Positions 43,157 through 51,970 of a stretch of DNA of 64,000 nucleotides are shown one piece after another. How positions within the stretch are numbered: the stretch's first letter is position 1; each line of letters opens with the position of its first letter. The translations under genes were made by a program, and so were the position numbers. Origin of the DNA: TPA_inf: Saccharomyces (lineage: Eukaryota); contig BK006943.2 of assembly GCA_000146045.2 (NCBI GenBank), positions 256,001 to 320,000 on the forward strand, given 5' to 3'. The notes under the pieces are model-generated. The model made no database searches. It was given only the letters and a program-made list of their open reading frames with translations, and was not told the origin of the DNA.

Positions 43157-46100
43157 TTAGACTTCAGCGAATTTATTGCTACCTCTAATGAATCCGATTG
43201 CTTCTTCTCTATTGACCTCAATAACCGTGGAAATCTTATTCTCGTACTTAACACGGAAAAATTTGTCTGCAACTTGCAACATATCTGTTCTGAACGTCGT
43301 ACAAATAAACTGGGCATTTTTTGACAGTTCTTTTAGAAGTGTAGCGACTGCAGTTCTATACTGCTTGTCGAGTGCAGCATCAATTTCATCAAACAGATAG
43401 AAGGAAGCAGGGTCAACCATTTGGATTGCCAGAATCAAAGCAATGGCACATACAGTCTTCTGACCACCTGAGAGCTGTTCAACATGCAGTTGTTCGTTTT
43501 GTTTAGAATTGAAGGAAACAGAAATTGAAACACCTGTATACATAATTTCACTATCTTTACCGTTTTGGCTTTCATTGGATTCTGCATCCATGTCAACATC
43601 AATACTTTCATCATGGTCGTTAGCGTTATCATTCTTACGGTGAATAATCAACTTAGCAGTACCTCTGGGAACTAATCTTTCAAAAACAGCTTCAAAGTTT
43701 TCAGAAACCTTTTGGAAAGTAGAATCAACCGCGTTAACCTTTTGTTGTTTTAACTTAACAATTAGATCTTGAATTGAGTCTTTAGATTCATCCAGCTCTG
43801 AAGCTCTCTCCGCAAGGTCTTTGCGTCTTTCGTTAAACTTTTTGAAGTTTTCAAAAGCTCTCTTGTTTACATTCTTCAAACCAGAAATCTCTGTGTTCAT
43901 ATCATTCAGTCTTTGTAATAGCTGATCACTTGTGATGTCGCTAAAATCATTTACTAAAGCATCCTCTGGCAGAAGCCCAATTTCCCTAATCCTTTGCTGT
44001 AATTCTTCTCTTCTAGTAACCAAAGTTGTTTTCTTAATCATCGTTTTTTCAACACTTTTTTGGAAATTGTCAAGCTTCTTTAATAGTAATCGCTGTTGAT
44101 TGTTTGCTTTTTCTAGCAGTTTCTTATTATTAGTTTCTTCAGCAATGAGACTTTCAATTTCTCTTTGAACGGTACCTAGTTCCAACACAGCGTTTTCATG
44201 CTGCTTTTCAACGCTTTCCTTCTCCAATTGTAATTCTTTCAACTCATCTTGTAGACCAAAAATAAATGCGTCACCTACTTCTGACATCTTGGATTCTAGA
44301 TCATTTTCTTGTGGGATAAGTTTGGACTCCAATTCGGCATTCAACGAGTCAATGGTTGTAGTTATACCTTCTAGGGCGTCTGATGTAATATTTAGCTTAT
44401 TGTGCGCTGCACTAATCTCCTTTGTTAAAGATTCTAATCTTTCCTTTTCTTCTTTTGAGAGTTCGCTATCAAACTCCTGAAGCAAATCATTTTCGAATGT
44501 ATTTAGCTTTTCCTGAGCAAATGTACGATTTGTATTCAGCTTTTCTAGTTTTAGTATAATTGCGTTTAATGATTCTTCGAGAATTAATTTTTCATTCTTT
44601 TTGGTGTTTAGCGATGTTCTATATACCTCGATATTTGTTAAGACAGACTCCCTGTCATTAGAAACCTTTCTTATATTCCCGTTTACTTGATCAATCTTAG
44701 TATCAATATCATTTAGTTCATTTCTTACGAAATCTAATTCTTCCAGTATTTTTTTGTGTTGACTTCTTGATTCATTTAAGTTTTTCAATGATTCCAAACG
44801 TGTTCGTTTGTGCTGGTCAAGATACCCACCTGTAAGTACACCTCTTTTGTCTGCTCTATCACCATCTAAAGTGATGGCATTGAGTTTGTGTTTCTTAGCT
44901 AATTTTAAACCTTGACCTAAGTCTTTGACAACAATAGTTTTTCCAAAAACGTGTTTGACAGCCTTCTCAAACCTGGGTTCATATTTTATCTTCTTTATCA
45001 AGGGAGTAAACTGGATTTGTGTAGTAGTGTTTGAGGGGAATTTAACATCACTGTCCAAAGATAACCTGTTCAAGGGAATAAACGTCACTCTCCCACCCTT
45101 CATACGATATAGTTCGTTCATAATCAAAGTGGCCGTTTCTTCGGTATCCACGACAATGTGGAAGAGGGAGTTACCTCCAATTACTTCAGCACATGTCTTG
45201 TACTTATCATTGACTTTAATCAGTTCACCTAATGTCCCAAAGACAGATTCCGGTGATATTTTTAGTTTTTCTGTAATTTCTTTCACATTTATTATACCAT
45301 TTGCCAATGATCTACTCATGGTTTCATTAACATTTCTTTGATTTTGATTGACGTCACTTAATAAAGTTTCCAAGACTGTCTGTAATTTTTGCTCCTTTCT
45401 CCACAATTCCTTACGAGTGTCTAAACTTTCACTCAGCTTCTGTTTGAGGTGTATTAATTCCGAATCAAAATCTTCTAATTGACCCTTGGTATCTGGTCCA
45501 TTGATAGAATCAATTAGCTCTTCAATCTCTTCATCAATCGCAGAGTACTGCTTCCTTAAAGAAGTACGATCCATTTGCAATTGACTTTCCAGTTCATTTA
45601 AGTTTTGTATTGAAGATTTCAGTTCTTCAATTTCTGAATGAATCCACGTATCGCGTTCATCCTTTGATTTAAAACGGGCATATTCTCCTTTCTTTAAGAT
45701 AAGATCTCTCTGCTTTTGTTGCAAGGAGGCCAATTGAAGTTTGTACATTGCTTCTTCCTTTGTGAGTTCTTGATATCTAGGTAAAATTTTAGACAACTTT
45801 TGTTTCCTTTGCTCAATTATAGATTTGATCTCTTTCAAAGTTGCACTATCCAAATTTCTCTGCTCCTCATTTGACTCAATTTGCTGTTGAACATCCTTTA
45901 TTTTTACGTTGACGTTTGTTAATTTCTGAGAAATCTCAGATTCCCGTAGTTTTGCCTGTTGTAAATCAGTCGCATTTTTGATCTTCAGTGAAGCTTCAAT
46001 ACTTGATAGCTTTTTGGAGACTTGGTCAATCATATCCTCTCTTTTATCCAACTCCTGGATGTATTGTTCGGAAGAGTATACCGTGTTATTATAATCACCG

Positions 46101-46849
46101 TCCAGTCTTTCCATTTGATTGATAACCTCATTTAATTCTCGATCATACAATGTGAACTGGTAGATCTTTCTGTTGCGTTCCAACTCGTTGTATTTCTCTA
46201 ATTCCTTACGTTCCTGTTCCATTTCACTCAATTTAGAGTTTAGTTCACCCATTTCCTTGTTAATTTGAATCTTTTTCTGCTCTGTTTCCTCCATTTTTTT
46301 CAATGAAGCTTTCAATTTTACTTCAAATGACTTAGCTCCTACAACATCTTCCAATAACTGCAATCTTTCCTTATCCTTGGCATTAGTTAAGGCGACTATT
46401 TTACCTTGTGGTACTATATTATACGGATTATTCATTGAAAAACCAGCGGTTTCCAACATTCTGACTATGTCCCCTTTGGTCACGTTTCTGTCATTTAATT
46501 GATAGTCATCCTTCTTCAGCCCTACTGTTCTTCTAATGGTCACTTCGTCATCTCCTCTCGAAAGTACACCGGAGGGCAATATCATAGAATGATCTGGATC
46601 GTGGAACACAATTTCTACCGAGGCACTCATCACTGAACCACCAGAACCTTGGTGGATAAGCCCTTGCCTTTCTTCCCTCTTAAGATTAGAGTAATCGTCA
46701 CTAAGAACAAATCTAATCGCAGCGAAGAAATTCGATTTACCTGAACCATTGGAGCCAATAATAACATTCTGATGCGGCGAGAAATTATCAATAATGGTTT
46801 CGTTCCTGTAGGTTTTAAAACCCTTAATTATCACCCTTTTGATATACAT
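43157..46849 (-). CDS. SMC3: Cohesin ATPase subunit Smc3. 1230 aa.
   Basis: N-terminal Walker A GSNGSGKSN, long coiled coils around a central hinge, and a C-terminal ABC signature LSGGQKT plus Walker B LFDEIDAALD. Confidence 0.95.
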   Translation of the reverse strand: MYIKRVIIKGFKTYRNETIIDNFSPHQNVIIGSNGSGKSNFFAAIRFVLSDDYSNLKREERQGLIHQGSGGSVMSASVEIVFHDPDHSMILPSGVLSRGDDEVTIRRTVGLKKDDYQLNDRNVTKGDIVRMLETAGFSMNNPYNIVPQGKIVALTNAKDKERLQLLEDVVGAKSFEVKLKASLKKMEETEQKKIQINKEMGELNSKLSEMEQERKELEKYNELERNRKIYQFTLYDRELNEVINQMERLDGDYNNTVYSSEQYIQELDKREDMIDQVSKKLSSIEASLKIKNATDLQQAKLRESEISQKLTNVNVKIKDVQQQIESNEEQRNLDSATLKEIKSIIEQRKQKLSKILPRYQELTKEEAMYKLQLASLQQKQRDLILKKGEYARFKSKDERDTWIHSEIEELKSSIQNLNELESQLQMDRTSLRKQYSAIDEEIEELIDSINGPDTKGQLEDFDSELIHLKQKLSESLDTRKELWRKEQKLQTVLETLLSDVNQNQRNVNETMSRSLANGIINVKEITEKLKISPESVFGTLGELIKVNDKYKTCAEVIGGNSLFHIVVDTEETATLIMNELYRMKGGRVTFIPLNRLSLDSDVKFPSNTTTQIQFTPLIKKIKYEPRFEKAVKHVFGKTIVVKDLGQGLKLAKKHKLNAITLDGDRADKRGVLTGGYLDQHKRTRLESLKNLNESRSQHKKILEELDFVRNELNDIDTKIDQVNGNIRKVSNDRESVLTNIEVYRTSLNTKKNEKLILEESLNAIILKLEKLNTNRTFAQEKLNTFENDLLQEFDSELSKEEKERLESLTKEISAAHNKLNITSDALEGITTTIDSLNAELESKLIPQENDLESKMSEVGDAFIFGLQDELKELQLEKESVEKQHENAVLELGTVQREIESLIAEETNNKKLLEKANNQQRLLLKKLDNFQKSVEKTMIKKTTLVTRREELQQRIREIGLLPEDALVNDFSDITSDQLLQRLNDMNTEISGLKNVNKRAFENFKKFNERRKDLAERASELDESKDSIQDLIVKLKQQKVNAVDSTFQKVSENFEAVFERLVPRGTAKLIIHRKNDNANDHDESIDVDMDAESNESQNGKDSEIMYTGVSISVSFNSKQNEQLHVEQLSGGQKTVCAIALILAIQMVDPASFYLFDEIDAALDKQYRTAVATLLKELSKNAQFICTTFRTDMLQVADKFFRVKYENKISTVIEVNREEAIGFIRGSNKFAEV

Positions 46850-46960
46850 TGCAGACGTGAACTATTACCGTTACTCCAGCAGGTCGTCTTGTAAAAAAAT
46901 GGTGAAACTGTTTAAAGATGAGGTTGAAAACTCATCTTTAATTAGTTTAATCATTTCCTA

Positions 46961-46972
46961 ACGCGTCGCGTC
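46961..46972. promoter_or_regulatory. Tandem MluI-cell-cycle-box cores (ACGCGTCGCGTC) in the SMC3/JEM1 divergent promoter.
   Basis: acgcgt (a perfect MCB) is immediately followed by cgcgtc. It lies about 110 bp upstream of the SMC3 ATG. Confidence 0.55.
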
Positions 46973-47180
46973 TTTTCCTATTCCTGAGACTTTTTTTCTT
47001 TAGGTTCCTAATAGTGAAATGTGACAGGTGTACACTTCGATGGCAGGCAAAAATAGAGCCAAAACTGCTTATAAGTTATTCCAAGTGAAAGGAGTTGGTT
47101 GCGAGAAGGGCCCAGAAGGTTTCATTCATTGTTGGTTTAGTGTATTACTAAGGCCGATCTTAACGTCTACGAAACGAAGT

Positions 47181-49118
47181 ATGATACTGATCTCGGGATA
47201 CTGTCTTTTAGTGTATAGCGTTATTTTGCCAGTACTGATATCGGCTTCTAAGTTATGTGATTTGGCTGAGTTACAACGATTGAACAAGAATTTAAAAGTA
47301 GACACTGAATCCTTGCCAAAATACCAATGGATCGCTGGGCAGTTGGAACAAAACTGCATGACTGCGGATCCAGCAAGTGAAAATATGTCAGACGTAATTC
47401 AACTAGCCAATCAAATATACTACAAAATTGGGCTGATCCAATTATCCAACGATCAACATCTAAGAGCTATTAACACATTTGAAAAAATCGTTTTTAATGA
47501 AACTTACAAAGGTTCTTTTGGGAAGCTGGCGGAAAAGAGGCTACAAGAGCTGTATGTCGATTTTGGGATGTGGGACAAGGTGCATCAGAAGGATGATCAG
47601 TATGCGAAATATCTGTCCTTGAATGAAACCATCAGAAACAAAATATCATCCAAAGACGTTTCTGTGGAGGAAGATATTTCTGAGCTGCTACGCATAACGC
47701 CGTACGATGTTAACGTCCTCTCCACGCACATCGATGTTCTTTTTCACAAACTAGCTGAAGAAATTGACGTTTCGTTAGCTGCTGCTATCATTTTGGATTA
47801 CGAAACAATCCTCGACAAGCATTTGGCTAGCTTAAGCATAGATACAAGACTTTCGATTCATTATGTCATATCTGTTTTACAGACCTTTGTACTTAACTCA
47901 GATGCGTCGTTCAATATAAGAAAATGCCTTTCCATTGATATGGACTATGATAAATGTAAAAAACTAAGCCTGACTATTTCCAAATTGAACAAGGTGAATC
48001 CATCAAAAAGACAGATCCTGGATCCAGCAACATATGCATTTGAGAACAAAAAGTTTAGAAGTTGGGATAGAATTATTGAATTTTATTTGAAGGATAAGAA
48101 GCCATTTATTACACCAATGAAAATTCTTAACAAAGATACAAACTTTAAAAACAACTACTTCTTTTTAGAGGAAATTATCAAACAATTGATAGAAGACGTT
48201 CAACTGTCGAGACCTTTGGCAAAAAATTTATTCGAAGATCCCCCAATAACCGATGGTTTTGTCAAACCAAAATCATACTATCATACCGATTATCTAGTAT
48301 ACATTGATTCCATTCTTTGTCAGGCTTCTAGCATGAGTCCGGACGTCAAGAGAGCTAAACTGGCTGCGCCGTTCTGTAAAAAGAGTTTGAGGCATTCACT
48401 AACACTAGAAACATGGAAACACTATCAGGATGCTAAGTCCGAGCAAAAACCTTTACCTGAGACGGTATTGAGTGATGTATGGAATTCCAATCCTCATTTG
48501 CTGATGTATATGGTAAACTCAATACTTAATAAAAGTAGGTCTAAACCTCATTCACAGTTCAAAAAGCAATTATATGACCAGATAAACAAATTTTTCCAAG
48601 ATAACGGCCTCTCAGAGTCGACCAATCCATACGTGATGAAGAACTTCCGATTATTACAGAAACAATTACAAACCTATAAAGAGCATAAACATCGGAATTT
48701 CAACCAGCAATATTTCCAACAACAACAACAGCAGCAACAACACCAACGACATCAAGCACCCCCAGCAGCGCCTAACTACGACCCAAAAAAGGACTATTAT
48801 AAAATTCTTGGAGTATCGCCTAGTGCTAGTTCGAAAGAAATAAGGAAAGCATATTTAAATTTAACCAAAAAATACCACCCAGACAAAATAAAGGCCAACC
48901 ATAACGACAAACAAGAATCAATTCACGAAACTATGTCACAAATCAATGAAGCGTACGAAACATTAAGTGATGACGATAAAAGGAAGGAATACGATCTTTC
49001 CAGATCAAACCCCCGCCGCAACACTTTTCCTCAGGGGCCTAGGCAAAATAACATGTTCAAAAATCCAGGAAGTGGCTTCCCATTCGGAAATGGCTTTAAA
49101 ATGAATTTTGGGCTTTGA
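47181..49118 (+). CDS. JEM1: ER-lumenal DnaJ-family co-chaperone Jem1. 645 aa.
   Basis: C-terminal J domain with HPD ([32 protein letters not shown]). I start at Met52 of the track ORF because [25 protein letters not shown] is a signal peptide that must be N-terminal. Confidence 0.85.
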
Positions 49119-49220
49119 TGAAATACATTCTATGCCCATTAACTAGGATACCACAACAAGTACATATATATACATACGCATATCACTGAAAGTTCTAATT
49201 ATTGCAAAGCCAGCACTTTT

Positions 49221-49862
49221 TTAAATATTGAATTCTTCTTCATCATTTTCAGTACCAGCGGTAAGAGATGCTGTGTGAATTTCTCGCAGTTTATCCATGA
49301 TTTCAGTAATGAACGGCCTCAACTCATTGATTTCTAATAGACTTAAATTATCCAATTGTAAATGAGATTCATTCAAATACTTAAGGCCTTTTAACACTTT
49401 GATCTGCCTTATTTCCCTTAAGTCTTGTATTTTACCACGTAATTCGTGAATGGGGTCATGAAAATCATCCTTAGCTTTATTGAAAAGTATACGTGCCAAG
49501 ACAAGCCAGTTCCACGGCAACTCACTAAACCTATCCGGATGAGTTTTCTCATATTGTATTTTTCTATCAAGCTCTTTCGTCGTTAACCACTGTGGTGCTA
49601 CAATACTGCACTTGGATTGTTGCTTCAGTAATAGAGCGATCCAAAGAACCACTTCTGTAGAACGCATGGCTACCATATTATTTAAAGCTTTGTCATCTGT
49701 AGTAATAAGTTGCCAGCGGGTGTGGTTTCCAGTTCCTCTATCATCGCCACGAATTTTTTGGCGTGTTGTTATTCTGGGAAAAATCTTTATTGGCTCGTTT
49801 TCCACAATGAACTGTATTTCTTCTGGTGAGAAAGTCTGCTGCAAATGTGCCGGTAGTGACAT
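49221..49862 (-). CDS. PSF2: GINS complex subunit Psf2. 213 aa.
   Basis: Length is 213 aa with N-terminus MSLPAHLQQTFSPEEIQFIVENEPIKIFPR. Position fits YJL072C. Confidence 0.9.
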   Translation of the reverse strand: MSLPAHLQQTFSPEEIQFIVENEPIKIFPRITTRQKIRGDDRGTGNHTRWQLITTDDKALNNMVAMRSTEVVLWIALLLKQQSKCSIVAPQWLTTKELDRKIQYEKTHPDRFSELPWNWLVLARILFNKAKDDFHDPIHELRGKIQDLREIRQIKVLKGLKYLNESHLQLDNLSLLEINELRPFITEIMDKLREIHTASLTAGTENDEEEFNI

Positions 49863-50041
49863 GCGTCTATGAAACTAGTCTTATTTCAGATCAGCCGTTG
49901 ATCCTCTCTAAGTATAAAACTCTTTTTTGTTAACCATTTCATAGTTACACTTTAGGCGACTGATTTTTCATTAAATGGAAAATATCACAAGAAATTTCAC
50001 GCTGGAGAAAAAAAAGGTTAGTCATCACTGATCTTCCCATG

Positions 50042-50048
50042 GAGTCAT
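50042..50048. promoter_or_regulatory. Gcn4-core match (GAGTCAT, i.e. ATGACTC) in the PSF2/ARG2 divergent promoter, about 85 bp upstream of the ARG2 ATG.
   Basis: ggagtcataag contains the TGACTC core on the bottom strand. A one-mismatch copy (tagtcat) lies at 50020-50026. Confidence 0.35.
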
Positions 50049-50131
50049 AAGCACGTTCGACATAAATTGTGAAAGTTAACACATTTGAAGCTAGGACCGT
50101 CAATCTAGGACACTAGTCGGTTACTTTTATC

Positions 50132-51856
50132 ATGTGGAGGAGAATATTCGCGCATGAACTCAAGTATGATCAACCCAATGCATCTTCAAAAAACTTGATC
50201 CTTTCAGTTCTGAATACAACCGCTACAAAACGAGAGGCTAAGGATTATCTCTCAAAATATACAAATGATAGTGGGCAGCATAATCATTGTTTGTTTTTTA
50301 TCAGGGACCTGCATAAAGTCGCACCAGCGATTTTGTCCCAGTTTTCAAGTGTCATAAAGAGACTAGGAATGCTAGGTTTGCGACCTATGTTTGTAATTCC
50401 GCCGTCGCCAACTCATGTAAATATACAGGCAGAGTTACTTGACAGTATCGTTACAGAAGCAGATTTAAAGCCACTTCACCTTAAGGAGGGTCTTACTAAA
50501 TCCCGCACTGGGTTATATCATTCTGTTTTTTCGCAAGAGAGTCGTTTCTTTGATATTGGAAATTCCAATTTTATACCAATTGTGAAACCTTATGTGTATA
50601 ATGAAGAGACTGCTTCAGAATTCATGACAAAGGATGTTGTAAAATTTATGGATTGCCTGTGCCAAGGGAATATTCCACACATTGACAAATTCTTCATTCT
50701 AAATAATGCCGGAGGTATACCTTCGGGAGAGAGAAATGATAACGCTCATGTATTCATCAATCTTTCTCAGGAACTCGAGCATTTGTCCTCGTCATTATCT
50801 CACAATATAAGCACTCTAACCAAACGAGAGCCACGCTCCCAAAACCTGTTACACAGAATGGAGGTGTACGTTAAAAAAGATGAGATATCTTCCTTAGAAT
50901 GTGAATACCATGATCATTTAGAAAACCTGTTATTGATGGACAAAGTTTTATCAAATCTAGCGGCTACAGCAACGGGACTGATTACAACTGTCAAAGCTGC
51001 CGCACTATCATCAGATAGGAAAAATCCTTTAGTATATAATTTATTGACAGACCGATCGCTAATTTCTTCTTCTTTACCAAGGTTTAAAAAAAAGGACGGC
51101 GAGATAGACTCACCAGCCAACATGTTTGATGATCACGCATGGTATGAATTGCCTTCCCAACAGGTAAATGCAGCTCCTTCTAACTCAGATGCAGTTTTAG
51201 TGACAACTGTTCTCAAAAAGGGCGTCCATATCAAAACTTATGACTATAAGACGCTGACTCAATTCAACTCAATTGGGCTTCCAAAGAAGTTTCACGTACC
51301 TGAGAAAGGAGCAAAACCCTCGAGCAATAGTCCAAAACTAGATATCAACAAATTTAAATCCATCATCGATCAGAGCTTTAAAAGATCTTTGGATTTGCAT
51401 GACTACATAAAAAGGATTAATGGAAAAATAGCTACAATTATTGTGATAGGTGATTATGAAGGCATTGCAATTCTTACCTATGAAGGCTCGGAGGAAAATT
51501 CCTTTGTTTATCTCGATAAGTTCGCCGTTCTACCACACTTGAAAGGCTCGCTGGGTATATCTGATATAATCTTCAATTTGATGTTCAAAAAATTTCCTAA
51601 TGAGATACTTTGGAGAAGCAGAAAAGACAATGTGGTGAACAAGTGGTATTTTCAACGTAGCGTTGCTGTGCTAGATTTGTCGATTGACTTAGACCCCGAA
51701 CACTGTGATGAAAAGCAAAGCCAATTTAAACTATTTTACTACGGTAACCCTCAATACGCTAAGAGGGCACTACGTGACAAGAAACGTTTAAGAGAATTCA
51801 TGAGGTCTGTCAGGGACATCAAGCCAAGTTGGGAAAATGAAAAAAATATTTCATGA
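50132..51856 (+). CDS. ARG2: Mitochondrial N-acetylglutamate synthase, the first step of ornithine and arginine synthesis. 574 aa.
   Basis: Length is 574 aa with a C-terminal GNAT-like acetyltransferase region. Position fits YJL071W. Confidence 0.88.
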   Translation: MWRRIFAHELKYDQPNASSKNLILSVLNTTATKREAKDYLSKYTNDSGQHNHCLFFIRDLHKVAPAILSQFSSVIKRLGMLGLRPMFVIPPSPTHVNIQAELLDSIVTEADLKPLHLKEGLTKSRTGLYHSVFSQESRFFDIGNSNFIPIVKPYVYNEETASEFMTKDVVKFMDCLCQGNIPHIDKFFILNNAGGIPSGERNDNAHVFINLSQELEHLSSSLSHNISTLTKREPRSQNLLHRMEVYVKKDEISSLECEYHDHLENLLLMDKVLSNLAATATGLITTVKAAALSSDRKNPLVYNLLTDRSLISSSLPRFKKKDGEIDSPANMFDDHAWYELPSQQVNAAPSNSDAVLVTTVLKKGVHIKTYDYKTLTQFNSIGLPKKFHVPEKGAKPSSNSPKLDINKFKSIIDQSFKRSLDLHDYIKRINGKIATIIVIGDYEGIAILTYEGSEENSFVYLDKFAVLPHLKGSLGISDIIFNLMFKKFPNEILWRSRKDNVVNKWYFQRSVAVLDLSIDLDPEHCDEKQSQFKLFYYGNPQYAKRALRDKKRLREFMRSVRDIKPSWENEKNIS

Positions 51857-51970
51857 AACAAAGACGCATTCTCCTCCTCCTTAACTTTCAAGTTTTCATT
51901 TTCAGTTTTTAAGGTATCTATATAAATATATATATCTTACTATGCAAAGTTGTTGATATTTCACTTTACC

